In this document: positions 1 through 9,712 of the stretch, one piece after another
Layout: every line of letters begins with the position of its first letter
Numbering within the stretch: the first letter of the stretch is position 1
DNA from: Thermodesulfobacteriota bacterium
Lineage (GTDB): Bacteria; Desulfobacterota; Desulfovibrionia; Desulfovibrionales; Desulfovibrionaceae
DNA length: 64,000 nucleotides
NCBI GenBank assembly: GCA_049322415.1
Contig: JBMORI010000039.1
Coordinates: 8,210-72,209 of the forward strand
Reading direction: 5' to 3'
Program-made: the position numbers and the translations under genes
The notes under the pieces: model-generated
What the model saw: only the letters and a program-made list of their open reading frames with translations
The model's database searches: none
Told to the model about the DNA's origin: nothing

Positions 1-1147
1 CGGCCAATGCGGCGGCGAAGAAGTAGTAGGTGTACTCCAGAGCCATGCCCACCCCGGCGAAGACGAAGACGAAGGCCACGTCCAGCACGAAAAAGGCGGC
101 CAGAGCGGCAGCTCCCGCACGCCATGGCCTCCGGCCGGCTAGGCAGGCCAAGGCTGTCAGGAACAGCACTGGGATGGCTGCCCAGTCCATCCAGCGTCCT
201 GCGAGAGTGCCAAGGGAGGTAAGGCGAGCCAGCAGCGCCTCGGCGAGTCCGTACTTGACGGGAGCCGCGTGGAAGGAACTCATGGATGTGCCGTAATCCC
301 TGGCAAGAAGGATCAGCCCGGGGATGAAGCGCGGGTTCGCCAGGAAGAACACGGCCAGCGCCAGCAAACCGGTTCCGCTGATCCACGCCAGGAAGCGGCG
401 CGAAAAGAATCTGCCGCCCTCGGCGCGCCAGCCAGCCAAGGCGCAAGCGAGGACAACCGGCGCGGCCGGGAGCATGACGAACTTCATGCTCAGGGATACC
501 GCCAGCGTGGACGCCGCCATCACCATCCGGGACCGCCCTCCCCAGCGGGCATACGCCAGCGCCAGGGTCAGGGAGACGAGACCGGCCAGGATTGCCACCG
601 AGTCCACCTTCATGCGTTGCTCGAAGCCTGGCAGAAAGGGCATGGCACAGACGAGCCAAGCCCCGATGAGCCCGGCCCTCCTGGAGAGGTGGTTGTTGCC
701 GAACCAATAGGCCGCAACCGGCAGCCAGACCACAAAGCAGAGCTTTACCGCGCCGAAGAAGGTCCAGGCGCGTTTGAGTTCCTCTGGATAAAGCCAGTAA
801 AGGGCGGGCTGATCGAAACGTTTGACGAGCCCCAGGGCGTCTGCGGCGGCGGCCGCGCCCGAGGCGATGTGGAGGAAGGGGCCGCCTATGTTGAAATAGT
901 AGCCGAACTTGCTCGATCCTGGCTCCAGGAAGCCCAGCATGGCCGCGATGTTGATCTGGCCGTCGTCCTCGTGGGAGTTCACCGGAACGATGTGGCTGGT
1001 GTTGAGGATGAAACCCTCGGGATCGGCCACGCCCCGCAACCCGGCGAGCGCGGCCAGGTTTACCGCCAGGAACACCAGCGCCGCCGCGGCCGCCCCCTTG
1101 GGTACGGTCCAGTCGAGGGTTTTGCCGGGGGCTGCGGGGGGTTGCAT
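1..1147 (-). CDS. Polytopic integral membrane protein; its C-terminus runs off the window (possible glycan polymerase or ArnT-like glycosyltransferase)
   Basis: Absent from the ORF track because there is no stop codon inside the window. Hand translation of the minus strand from the ATG (complement of 1145-1147) gives MQPPAAPGKTLDWTVPKGAAAAALVFLAVNLAALAG... The frame stays open down to position 1 and contains many hydrophobic spans. It lies downstream of the GT2 gene on the same strand. Confidence 0.55.
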   Translation of the reverse strand, partial: MQPPAAPGKTLDWTVPKGAAAAALVFLAVNLAALAGLRGVADPEGFILNTSHIVPVNSHEDDGQINIAAMLGFLEPGSSKFGYYFNIGGPFLHIASGAAAAADALGLVKRFDQPALYWLYPEELKRAWTFFGAVKLCFVVWLPVAAYWFGNNHLSRRAGLIGAWLVCAMPFLPGFEQRMKVDSVAILAGLVSLTLALAYARWGGRSRMVMAASTLAVSLSMKFVMLPAAPVVLACALAGWRAEGGRFFSRRFLAWISGTGLLALAVFFLANPRFIPGLILLARDYGTSMSSFHAAPVKYGLAEALLARLTSLGTLAGRWMDWAAIPVLFLTALACLAGRRPWRAGAAALAAFFVLDVAFVFVFAGVGMALEYTYYFFAAALA

Positions 1148-1241
1148 CACGCTCGCCAGCCGGCGGCCCAGGCGGAATGCAAGGCGAAGGCGTCACGCCA
1201 GTCCGGCGTCGCCTGTCCCGGGCGCCTTTCCCCAGGGAACG

Positions 1242-2123
1242 CTACGCCTCCCATTCTTCCAGCCTCAGACGGGTGATCCGTCCCCCGGGACGCTTGTCGA
1301 TGCGCCCGAGCACGCGCCACTTCCACCAGAACTTGAAGACGTCGCGCACCGAGGCTCTGATGGCCTTCAGGCGCGTTCCCTTGGCCGTCCCGGCCTGGCG
1401 TGCGATGAAATTGATGGGTGCCTCCGCGATGGAAGCGCCCCGCATGTAGGCCTTGTAGAGCAGCTCCGGGTTGGTGAAGGAGCTGTCGGATTCGGCGCCC
1501 TCGATGATGGGCTGGACCAGCCGGGAGGGGTAGAAAACCACGTTCTGGTAGTCGGAGAGCTTGAGCCCGAAGAGCAGCCTGATCAGGGTGTAATTGATTA
1601 CGGACACCAGAGCCTTGGGCACCGTGTCGGAGCGGCTGGTCAGGTGCTTGATGCCGAAGAGTTTGAGGAAAAGGGCCAGGGGCCTGAACAGGCCCAGCTT
1701 GACGTTCACCGGAGCGCGGCGCACTCCGGCCACCACGTCGTGCTGCTTGAGCAACTCCAGGTATATGCGCAACAGGCTGATGTCGTAGGCCCAGTCCACC
1801 GTCTGCCAGAAGAGGTATTCCTTGGACGCGGCGGCGATGGCCCGGCGCGAGGAGTAGCCCACGTTGCGGTTTGTATCGTTGATGAGCACCCGCAGGCGGG
1901 GCATCTCGGCCGACAGGCGGGCAAGGATCTCCGGAGTGCGGTCCTTGCTGCCGTCATCCACCACCACGATCTCGTAGTCTTCCGCGCATGAGGAAAGCAG
2001 CGCGTCGGCGCGGCGCAGGAAATCCTCGATGAGTTCCTCTTCGTTGTATGCCCAACTCACCAGGGAGACGCCCCGGTCGAACTTGGGCAGCGAATCGGCG
2101 TAGGCGCGGCTGTACGCGGCCAA
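1242..2123 (-). CDS. Family 2 glycosyltransferase
   Basis: 293-aa ORF. The N-terminal GT-A signature is VSLVSWAYNEEELIEDFL...DYEIVVVDDGSKDRTPEIL. Confidence 0.85.
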   Translation of the reverse strand: MAAYSRAYADSLPKFDRGVSLVSWAYNEEELIEDFLRRADALLSSCAEDYEIVVVDDGSKDRTPEILARLSAEMPRLRVLINDTNRNVGYSSRRAIAAASKEYLFWQTVDWAYDISLLRIYLELLKQHDVVAGVRRAPVNVKLGLFRPLALFLKLFGIKHLTSRSDTVPKALVSVINYTLIRLLFGLKLSDYQNVVFYPSRLVQPIIEGAESDSSFTNPELLYKAYMRGASIAEAPINFIARQAGTAKGTRLKAIRASVRDVFKFWWKWRVLGRIDKRPGGRITRLRLEEWEA

Positions 2124-2126
2124 GGC

Positions 2127-3116
2127 TCAGCCCTCCCCCTTGGAGCGTGCATTCTTGACGGCGTCGGCGTCCTTCATGATCTTCCAGTAGTTGTACTCCC
2201 AGGAGCGGTACTTCCAGTCCGGGCAGCGCGAACATATGGCTATCTCGTCGCCGCGCCCCCCCAGGTGGAGTTCGCGCAGCCGGGTGAACTCGGGGCCGTG
2301 CCAGATGTCGGCGATGGTCCTTTCGTTGACGTTGGCGAACTTCTCCGCGAAGGCTATGTCCTCGCCGCAGAGGGTCACCTGCCCCTTGGAATCGACGTTC
2401 AGGCGCTCGAAGAGCCAGGGGCAGGGGATGCGATCCTCGGGCGGGAGATAGGGCGTGGCGTCGGCCGAGTGGTCCTCGTTGTAGCCCCAGGTGAGGTATT
2501 TCCTGATCTGCACCTTGTCCGCGATGGGGGTCCAGTGGGACTCCACCTTGGCCACGTCCACGCCTTCCTGGTTGATGGCGCTCACGATCACCCTGGTGGG
2601 CGAGCCCAGCCGTTCGCGCAGGGCCACTGCCTCGCGCACGTTGGCGTTGAGTACGTCCCAGTCCAGGCCGGGCCGGGCCCAGGCGTAGGTTTCGGCGTCC
2701 CCGGCGTCCACGCTGAACTCGATGGCGTCCACTCCGGCCTTGACCAGGCGCTCCAGGTCGCCTTCGGCGAATGCCGAGCCGTTGGTGATGAGGCCCACCT
2801 TGGCGCCCATTGACTTGGCGTACTCCATGAGTTCCACCGCCTCGGGGTGAAGCATGGGCTCGCCACCGCCTGAAATGCGCAGCATGGAGCCGTGCGGTCC
2901 GCATTCGTCCGCGATGCGTTTGAACAGGCCGGCGGGCATGAACATGGCGCCGGCGTACTCGTCGCGGATCTCCGAGTTGTTGTAGGGGCAGTTGGGGCAG
3001 CCCGCGTTGCATACGTACACGAAGGAAAGGACCACCATCATGGGGAAATCCCTGGCCTCTTCGCGGAGGCCGTATTCCCGCCGGGTGTGTTTCACGTCGG
3101 AGGTCATGGCGTTCAT
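2127..3116 (-). CDS. Radical SAM protein with a SPASM/twitch-like C-terminal Cys cluster
   Basis: Track ORF 2127..3317 was trimmed to the ATG at complement 3116 (MNAMTSD...). That ATG overlaps the upstream stop as ATGA. CNAGCPNC is a CX3CX2C motif. C-terminal cysteines occur in CPWLFE...LCGEDI...CSRCPDW. Confidence 0.8.
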   Translation of the reverse strand: MNAMTSDVKHTRREYGLREEARDFPMMVVLSFVYVCNAGCPNCPYNNSEIRDEYAGAMFMPAGLFKRIADECGPHGSMLRISGGGEPMLHPEAVELMEYAKSMGAKVGLITNGSAFAEGDLERLVKAGVDAIEFSVDAGDAETYAWARPGLDWDVLNANVREAVALRERLGSPTRVIVSAINQEGVDVAKVESHWTPIADKVQIRKYLTWGYNEDHSADATPYLPPEDRIPCPWLFERLNVDSKGQVTLCGEDIAFAEKFANVNERTIADIWHGPEFTRLRELHLGGRGDEIAICSRCPDWKYRSWEYNYWKIMKDADAVKNARSKGEG

Positions 3117-4051
3117 TTCCCCTCGGGATTGGCCAGGGCGAAGTCGGCGTAACCCGACTGCCAGTCCCGGCAGTCGCGGCACATTCCGGGCAGCTCGGAG
3201 AAGCGGCCTTCCTTGTGCATGGCGCGATACTCGCGGAGTTGCCCCTGCCAGAGTTCCTTTATGGAGCTCGTGTTGGCGTCGCCGCAGGGGACGCGGCAGT
3301 GCACGTCCACCGAGCACAGCGCGGCCCGGCCGTCGGCGCAGATGTTGATGGTACGCATGAGCCAGTAGCAGGGGCGCCGCCCCACCTGCTCGTTGTCGCG
3401 CAGGTTGTCAGCGCTTACCAGCCCGGCCCAGCTGACCTTGGGACGGATCTTCACGTTGACGCCGTGGGAGGTCCAGAAGGCCTTGAAGTCCTCCACCTGG
3501 TCCTCGTTTATGTCGCTGACCACGAACTGCACGAAGAGCTTCTGCTCCGGGCGTCCGATCTCCTGTAGCAGATCTCGGTAGGCCAGCACGTTTGCCACGG
3601 CTGTCTCATACTTGCCGCCCACGCGGACCTTCTCGTAGGTTTCCGCGTTGGCCGCGTCGATGCCCACATACATGGCGTCCAGGCCGGCCTCGATGACCGC
3701 GCGGGCTTTTTCCGGCTTCATGAGCATGCCGTTGGTGTTGAGCACCACGTCGGTGAGGCCCTTTTGCTTGGCGTAACGGATGCGTTCGGGCATGTCCCGG
3801 CACATGAAGGGGTCGCCGAAGAATATCTGCCATATGCGGGCCGAGGGGTTCTCCACGGCGATCTCGTCGATGAGCTTGCGGTAAAGCCCCATGTCCATGA
3901 GCTGCACCTTGCGGTGCTTGGTCATGTTGGGGTGGTCGCACATGGAGCAGCGCAGATTGCACGCGTTGCAGTTGTCGATGAGGACAACCGCGGGGAAGTC
4001 CGCGGCTTCGCCTGTCCGGTCAGCCTTGTTGAGGTCGTTGCTTGTGGTCAT
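3113..4051 (-). CDS. Radical SAM protein with a SPASM/twitch-like C-terminal Cys cluster
   Basis: 312-aa ORF. CNLRCSMC is a CX3CX2C motif near the N-terminus. C-terminal cysteines occur in CYWLMRTINICADGRAALCSVDVHCRVPCGD...MCRDCRDW. Confidence 0.8.
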   Translation of the reverse strand: MTTSNDLNKADRTGEAADFPAVVLIDNCNACNLRCSMCDHPNMTKHRKVQLMDMGLYRKLIDEIAVENPSARIWQIFFGDPFMCRDMPERIRYAKQKGLTDVVLNTNGMLMKPEKARAVIEAGLDAMYVGIDAANAETYEKVRVGGKYETAVANVLAYRDLLQEIGRPEQKLFVQFVVSDINEDQVEDFKAFWTSHGVNVKIRPKVSWAGLVSADNLRDNEQVGRRPCYWLMRTINICADGRAALCSVDVHCRVPCGDANTSSIKELWQGQLREYRAMHKEGRFSELPGMCRDCRDWQSGYADFALANPEGK

Positions 4052-4592
4052 ATTCCTGCCTGAGAAGAGACATCACGGCCACGTCCACCGGCTTGCCCCC
4101 GATGATGTAATGCCGTCGCAGGATGCCTTCCTCTTTGAAATTGTGGCGCGTGTATAGGCTTCGCGCGGGCAGGTTGTCCACCCCCACATGGAGGTACAGC
4201 CTTTCGAGCCCGAGAGTCTCGAAGGCGTGTCGCTCCAGGAGGGTCATGGCCTCACTGGCCGCGCCCAGTCCCCGGTAGGATGGGTCGCCCAGAAATATCC
4301 AGAACTCTCCCCGGCGGTGGAGCATGTCAAGATGATAGAGTCCGGTGTTGCCGATGTGCGTGCCTCCCTCCCGCCAGAGGATGGCGTAGACCATGCGCGA
4401 GGGGTTGGACTGGAGGCTTTGGTGCCAGGCGCGCTGGTCGCTCCAGGAGACTGGCGTGACCCTGAGCACCGTGGACATGATGTGGGGGTCGTTGACCCAC
4501 TCCAGGGACCGGGCCAGATGCTCCTCCCCGAGGGGCGCAAGTGTCACCTTGTGGCCTTCCAGGACGGGTTGCGGCAACTTTCCGGTCAGCAT
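4020..4592 (-). CDS. GNAT family N-acetyltransferase (RimJ/RimL-like)
   Basis: Track ORF 4020..4763 was trimmed to MLTGKLPQPVLEGHKVTLAPL..., whose ATG overlaps the asnB stop by 7 nt. The acetyl-CoA-binding region reads FLGDPSYRGLGAASEAMTLLERHAFETLGLERLYLHV..DN..ARSLYTRHNF. Confidence 0.75.
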   Translation of the reverse strand: MLTGKLPQPVLEGHKVTLAPLGEEHLARSLEWVNDPHIMSTVLRVTPVSWSDQRAWHQSLQSNPSRMVYAILWREGGTHIGNTGLYHLDMLHRRGEFWIFLGDPSYRGLGAASEAMTLLERHAFETLGLERLYLHVGVDNLPARSLYTRHNFKEEGILRRHYIIGGKPVDVAVMSLLRQEYDHKQRPQQG

Positions 4593-6469
4593 GAGCCAAC
4601 CCACCGCGAGAAGCAGATGAGGTTCCACACCTTGGCGTTCACGGACTGGTCCCCGGCCATGAACCTCTCGGCCAATGCCCGGACGGCCTCCGGCTTCGCG
4701 ACCCGCGATGGCAGGGACGCCAGGGCCTCGGAGGCGAACGCTTTGAGCGGCCCGCGCATCCATGTGTAGACCGGCTGCACGAAGCCTTCCTTGGGGCGGT
4801 TGATCAGCTCCCCGGGCAAAAGGCCCGAGAGGGCCTTGCGCAGGATGTGCTTGGTTGACGCTCCCTGGATTTTGTGCCGCCCCGGCAGCCGGTTCACGTA
4901 CTCCACCAGCCTGTGGTCCAGGAAGGGGCAGCGCACTTCGATGGAATGGGCCATGGAGAGCCGGTCCACGAAGGGCAGCACCTGATTGGGCAATAATTCG
5001 CGCTGGTCGGTCTCCAGTGAGCAGTTGAGCGCGTCCCTGGCGGTGAGGCCGGCCTCGATGGGGGTGTAGGGGTTCTCGCCCGCGGCGAAACCCGCTGCGT
5101 CAAGGAATTCCGGGGCGAGAAGTTCGTTGCGTTCGGCGTGGCTGAACACGTCCATGTTGGCTCTCCAGGCAGCCAAGGTGGGCGCGGCCACTTGATCCAG
5201 GAAGGCCAGCTGTTCGCGGGTGCTGAAAGGGGCGAGGGCCTGGAGGTCTGTTTCCTCCAGGTCCTCCAAGCGGGCCCTGCCCTGGGCCTTGAGCCTGTTC
5301 CAGGCTTCCACCGGGAAGGCCAGCCGGTGCGCAAGGTAGCTTCCGAAGAGTTCGTCCGCGCCGTCGCCTGAAACGGCCACGGTGATGTGGCGGCGCATGT
5401 AATCCGAGAGGAAGAAGGTGGACACCGTGCCGGAAAAGGGCTCGTCGAAGGCGCGCATGACGCCGTCGAAACCGCGCGCGAAAACCTCGGCGGTGATGAT
5501 GTGCTCGTGGTGGTCGGTGCCGAGCCTGGCGGCCATCATTCGTGAGAACAGGATGTCGTTTGATTTGCCTTCCTTCTGCCCGCCGTCCAGATCGGCATAG
5601 CCAAGGCAGAAGGTCTTCACCGGCTTGGACTGGAAACGGGCCATGAGAGAGGCCACGGCCGAGGAGTCCATCCCCCCCGACAGATACGCCCCGTAGGACA
5701 CGTCGCAGTCCATGCGCAGCCTGACCGCGTCGGTCAGGAGATCCAGAATGCGTCCTGCCGCCTCTTCCTCGGAGGGAGGCGCCCCGAACCCGGAAAAATC
5801 CAGCCGCCAGTAGGGCCGGGACTCCTCGACGCCTCCCCCGGGGGTCCAGGCCAGCATGTGGCCGGGCTCGAGCTGGCGAATCTGGCGGTAGGCCGTCCGG
5901 GGGGCGCTGGTGTTCTTGAGGCCGAAGTAATGGTAGAGCGCGCCGTGGTCCCACTCGCGGGACACGTCCGGGTGGATGAGCAGTGCCTTGATCTCGGAGG
6001 CGAAGGCGATGCCGTCTGGCACTCTGGCCCAGTAGAGCGGCTTCTTGCCCATGCGGTCGCGGTAGAGCAGCAGGCGGCGGCGTCCTCCGTCCCATATGGC
6101 GAGGCCGAACATGCCGTTGGCCTGGGCCTTTTCGGGCCAATCCTCGCCGTGCTCCTCGTAGGCGTGGACCACGATCTCGGTGTCGCAGTGATGCGTGGAG
6201 AAACGGTGGCCCCTGGCTTCCAGATCCCGGCGGATGGCGGCGTGGTTGTAGATCTCGCCGTTGTAGACGGTGATCGTCTCCCCGGTTTCGTTGGAGATGG
6301 GCTGGCGGCCGCCGGCCAGGTCGACGATGGCCAGACGGCGCATTCCCAGGCTGACTTCCGGGTGGTCCAGGAAGCCGTCATCGTCCGGACCCCGGTGGAT
6401 GATGGCCCGGCACATGGTCCTGAGCAACTCCGGCCTTGAGGGGCCGGTGAAGCCCACGATGCCGCACAT
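4586..6469 (-). CDS. asnB: Asparagine synthase (glutamine-hydrolysing) family amidotransferase
   Basis: 627 aa. It has the N-terminal MCGIVGF Ntn-glutamine amidotransferase start and the SGGMDSS PP-loop motif. Confidence 0.9.
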   Translation of the reverse strand: MCGIVGFTGPSRPELLRTMCRAIIHRGPDDDGFLDHPEVSLGMRRLAIVDLAGGRQPISNETGETITVYNGEIYNHAAIRRDLEARGHRFSTHHCDTEIVVHAYEEHGEDWPEKAQANGMFGLAIWDGGRRRLLLYRDRMGKKPLYWARVPDGIAFASEIKALLIHPDVSREWDHGALYHYFGLKNTSAPRTAYRQIRQLEPGHMLAWTPGGGVEESRPYWRLDFSGFGAPPSEEEAAGRILDLLTDAVRLRMDCDVSYGAYLSGGMDSSAVASLMARFQSKPVKTFCLGYADLDGGQKEGKSNDILFSRMMAARLGTDHHEHIITAEVFARGFDGVMRAFDEPFSGTVSTFFLSDYMRRHITVAVSGDGADELFGSYLAHRLAFPVEAWNRLKAQGRARLEDLEETDLQALAPFSTREQLAFLDQVAAPTLAAWRANMDVFSHAERNELLAPEFLDAAGFAAGENPYTPIEAGLTARDALNCSLETDQRELLPNQVLPFVDRLSMAHSIEVRCPFLDHRLVEYVNRLPGRHKIQGASTKHILRKALSGLLPGELINRPKEGFVQPVYTWMRGPLKAFASEALASLPSRVAKPEAVRALAERFMAGDQSVNAKVWNLICFSRWVGSC

Positions 6470-6475
6470 GCCCCG

Positions 6476-7171
6476 TTACCTTCCCCTGGCCTGGTAGCGG
6501 TTGATCTTGGCTTCGAGCCGCCGGGAGAATTCAGTCAGCACGAAGCACACCACGAAGTAGAGCACGGCCACGGTGATGAATATCTCGAACGGTGCCTTCA
6601 GGGTGCGGCTGTTGACCTGGGTGGCGGTCTTGGTGAGCTCCGTGACGCCGATGATGTAGGCCAGGGAGGTGTCCTTGGTGAGCGAGACGAACTGGTTCAC
6701 GAAGGAGGGGATCATGTTGAAGAGCGCCTGGGGCAGGATGATGTGGACCATGGTCTGGAAATGGGTGAGGCCTGAGCCGCGCGCGGCCTCGGTCTGTCCC
6801 TTGGGCAGCGAGAGCACGCCAGCGCGCACGATCTCGGCGATGTAGGCGCTGGTGAACACGATGAGCGCGATGATAGCCGACTGCCAGTCCGGCAGACTCT
6901 TGCCGAAGACCACGGGGGCCAGGAAATAGAACCAGAAGATGACCATGAGCAGCGGCGTGCCCCGGATGATCTCGATGTAGACCAGCGCGGGGAGGCGCAG
7001 CCACGCGCGCTTGGAGAGCCTGCACACGCCCACGACCAGGCCCAGCCAGAACGCTCCGAAGATGCCGCCCAGGGCCATGAGGATGGACATGGCCAGGCCG
7101 CCCAGCGGGCCTTTGGGGAACGCGCCCCAGAGAAAGTAGTCGAAGTTCTTCCAGACGATGTCCCAATGCAT
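6476..7171 (-). CDS. Polar amino-acid ABC transporter permease
   Basis: 231 aa and multi-pass. It carries the HisM/GlnP-type EAA loop (EAARGSGLTHFQTMVHIILPQAL). Confidence 0.85.
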   Translation of the reverse strand: MHWDIVWKNFDYFLWGAFPKGPLGGLAMSILMALGGIFGAFWLGLVVGVCRLSKRAWLRLPALVYIEIIRGTPLLMVIFWFYFLAPVVFGKSLPDWQSAIIALIVFTSAYIAEIVRAGVLSLPKGQTEAARGSGLTHFQTMVHIILPQALFNMIPSFVNQFVSLTKDTSLAYIIGVTELTKTATQVNSRTLKAPFEIFITVAVLYFVVCFVLTEFSRRLEAKINRYQARGR

Positions 7172-7178
7172 GGCCGCG

Positions 7179-7877
7179 CTACCTCGCCGCGCGCAGCACG
7201 CGCATGTTGTACTGCTGGATGGAGAAGGACACCAACAGGGAGATGGAAAGATAGATGAGGGTGGAGACCGTGAAGGCCTCGATGCCGTGGAAGGTGTGGG
7301 CTTCCACCTGCCGGGCCATGTAGGTCAGGTCGGCCACGCCGATGGTCATGACCAGCGAGGAGTTCTTGATGAGGTTCAGGAACTGGGAGATCAGCGGCGG
7401 AACGATGATGCGGAACGCCTGGGGCAGGATGACGTAGCCCATGGCCTGCATGAAGCTGAGCCCGCAGGCGCGGGAGGCTTCCAGCTGGGTCTTGGGGATG
7501 GCGAAGATGCCCGAGCGCAGATCCTCGGCGATGAAGGCCCCGGTGTAGAAGGTCAGGGCGATGACGCCGCAGGCGAACTCCTGGTTCACGGTGGAGAGCC
7601 ACTCGTTCACGGCATCGGGCAGGATCGTGTAGGAACCGAAATACCAGAAGAATATCTGCACCAGCAGCGGCGTGTTCCGGAAGAATTCGATGTAGGACGC
7701 GGCTATCCACTCCAAAGGCTTGATCCTGGTCAGGCGCATGACGCACACCAGGGTGCCCAGGATGAGCGAAAGAAGGATGGATATCCCGGATATCTTCAGG
7801 GTCGTGGTCAGGCCTTCGACGAACCACTCGCCGTATTCGCCCGAGACCACCAGGCTCCAATCGAACTGATAGGCCAA
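7179..7877 (-). CDS. Polar amino-acid ABC transporter permease
   Basis: 232 aa. It is a paralogue of the downstream permease, with the EAA loop EASRACGLSFMQAMGYVILPQAF. Confidence 0.85.
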   Translation of the reverse strand: MAYQFDWSLVVSGEYGEWFVEGLTTTLKISGISILLSLILGTLVCVMRLTRIKPLEWIAASYIEFFRNTPLLVQIFFWYFGSYTILPDAVNEWLSTVNQEFACGVIALTFYTGAFIAEDLRSGIFAIPKTQLEASRACGLSFMQAMGYVILPQAFRIIVPPLISQFLNLIKNSSLVMTIGVADLTYMARQVEAHTFHGIEAFTVSTLIYLSISLLVSFSIQQYNMRVLRAAR

Positions 7878-7944
7878 CGTGCTGCTCCAGTGATGCTTGA
7901 TGTCCGGAGGGGGCCGGGGCCCCCTCCGGTTTGCTTTGCGCGGC

Positions 7945-8760
7945 CTACGGCCAGACTTCCATGGTCCAGGTCAGGGGGATGTAGTTCTTGGTGTCCTTCC
8001 CGAACCACTTTTCGTAGATCTTCTTGTACTCGCCGGACTCCCACAGTTCCATCAGGGAGACGTTCACGAAGTCGCGGAACTTGGAGTCGTTCTCAACCAC
8101 GCCGAAGCCGTAGGGCTCGGGGGAGATGTAGTCGCCCACGATGTCCCAGGCGTCGGGCTTGTCGTCGGAGAACTTGAGGCCCACGAGGATGGCCTCGTCG
8201 GTGGTGACGGCCTGGACCTTGCCCTGCTTGAGGGCCAGGAAGGCCTCGGGGTAGGTCTCGAAGGAGACGATGGTGGCGTTCGGCTCGGCCTTCTTGGCGT
8301 TCTGCTCGGAGGTGGAGCCCTTCACGGAGCCGATCTTCTTGCCGGCCAGGTCCTTCACGGACTTGATGCCGCCGCCCTTCTTCACCAGCAGGCGCTGCCC
8401 GGTCATGAAGTAGGTGATGGAGAAGTCGATCTGGCCCTCGCGGTCCTTCTTGTGGGTCATGGTGGCGGCCACGATGTCCACTTCGCCCTGGGTGAGCATG
8501 GGGATGCGGGTGGCGGAGGTGACGGGCTTGAGTTCCATCTTCACGCCGAGCTTGTCGGCCAGGGCCTTCATGATGTCGATTTCGAAGCCGACGATCTGGT
8601 TGGTCTTTTCGTCAATGTAGCCGAAGGGGACCTGGGAGTCCTTCACGCCGGCGACGAAGACGCCTTTCTTCTTGATGTCCTCGAGCTTCCCGGCGAACGC
8701 GGGCGAAACGAGCAGGGACAGGACCAGGATGGCCGTAAGTGCCGTGGCGAGACGCTTCAT
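7945..8760 (-). CDS. Amino-acid ABC transporter periplasmic substrate-binding protein
   Basis: 271 aa. It has a signal peptide (MKRLATALTAILVLSLLVSPAFA) and the type-3 SBP pattern GVKDSQVPFGYIDEKTNQIVGFEIDI. Confidence 0.85.
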   Translation of the reverse strand: MKRLATALTAILVLSLLVSPAFAGKLEDIKKKGVFVAGVKDSQVPFGYIDEKTNQIVGFEIDIMKALADKLGVKMELKPVTSATRIPMLTQGEVDIVAATMTHKKDREGQIDFSITYFMTGQRLLVKKGGGIKSVKDLAGKKIGSVKGSTSEQNAKKAEPNATIVSFETYPEAFLALKQGKVQAVTTDEAILVGLKFSDDKPDAWDIVGDYISPEPYGFGVVENDSKFRDFVNVSLMELWESGEYKKIYEKWFGKDTKNYIPLTWTMEVWP

Positions 8761-8879
8761 CGAAACCTCCTCATCGAGTTGCAGGTTGCCAAAATCGCGG
8801 CCTCGGGGCTTCGGCGCGCTCCCGGGCCGTTGGTTTCTTCACGTGCCGCCGCGGGCGGGGCTTACGGACGCCGCCGGGG

Positions 8880-9608
8880 CTAGAGGATCTCCTTGAGGAA
8901 AGCGCGGGTGCGCTCGTGCCTGGGATTCTTGAAGAACTCCTGCGGCGGACCGGCTTCTATGATCTCGCCGCCGTCCATGAAGATGACCCGGTCGGCCACC
9001 TCGCGGGCGAAGCCCATCTCGTGGGTGACGCAGAGCATGGTCATGCCGTCTCGGGCAAGATCCTTCATGACGTTGAGCACCTCGTTGATCATCTCCGGGT
9101 CCAGGGCCGAGGTGGGCTCGTCGAAGAGCATGACCTTGGGCCGCATGGCCAGGGCCCGCGCGATGGCCACGCGCTGCTGCTGGCCGCCGGAGAGCTCGGC
9201 CGGATACTTGTGGGCCTGGTCATGGATGCCCACCCGTTCGAGCAGGTCCAGGGCGGTGCGTTCGGCCTCGGCCTTGTCGGTCTTGCGGACCTTGACGGGG
9301 GCCAGTGTGACGTTTTTCAGAACCGTGAGGTGCGGATACAGGTTGAACTGCTGGAAGACGATGCCGATCTCCGAGCGCAGCTGATTGACGTCCACGGAGC
9401 GGTCGTGGATGTCCTTGCCGTCGAAGAGGATCACGCCCCGCTGGTATTCCTCGAGGCGGTTGACGCAGCGGATGAGAGTGGACTTGCCAGACCCTGATGG
9501 GCCGCATATGACCAGCACCTCGCCCTGCTCGACGGACTCCTCGATGCCCCGCAGCACATGGAAATCTCCGTACCACTTGTGGACATCCTTGAACTCGATC
9601 ATGGGCAT
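8880..9608 (-). CDS. Amino-acid ABC transporter ATP-binding protein (GlnQ-like)
   Basis: Track ORF trimmed to MPMIEFKDV..., which follows an AGGAGG Shine-Dalgarno. Walker A is GPSGSGKST, the signature is LSGGQQQR, and Walker B is [11 protein letters not shown]. Confidence 0.9.
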   Translation of the reverse strand: MPMIEFKDVHKWYGDFHVLRGIEESVEQGEVLVICGPSGSGKSTLIRCVNRLEEYQRGVILFDGKDIHDRSVDVNQLRSEIGIVFQQFNLYPHLTVLKNVTLAPVKVRKTDKAEAERTALDLLERVGIHDQAHKYPAELSGGQQQRVAIARALAMRPKVMLFDEPTSALDPEMINEVLNVMKDLARDGMTMLCVTHEMGFAREVADRVIFMDGGEIIEAGPPQEFFKNPRHERTRAFLKEIL

Positions 9609-9712
9609 CGGGCTGTTTCCTCCTGCGATTTTTGGCAATAATAGGCAAACCCGGCGAGATTACCCGGATATGGGCTCATGTCAAGCTGGAGCCGGGAACG
9701 CCCGTCCGGCGC

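Noticed and set aside
269-1991. Plus-strand ORFs 269..1276 and 909..1991
   Set aside because: They are Arg/Gly/Pro-rich frames opposite the membrane protein and GT2 genes. The minus-strand frames give coherent TM and GT-A sequences.
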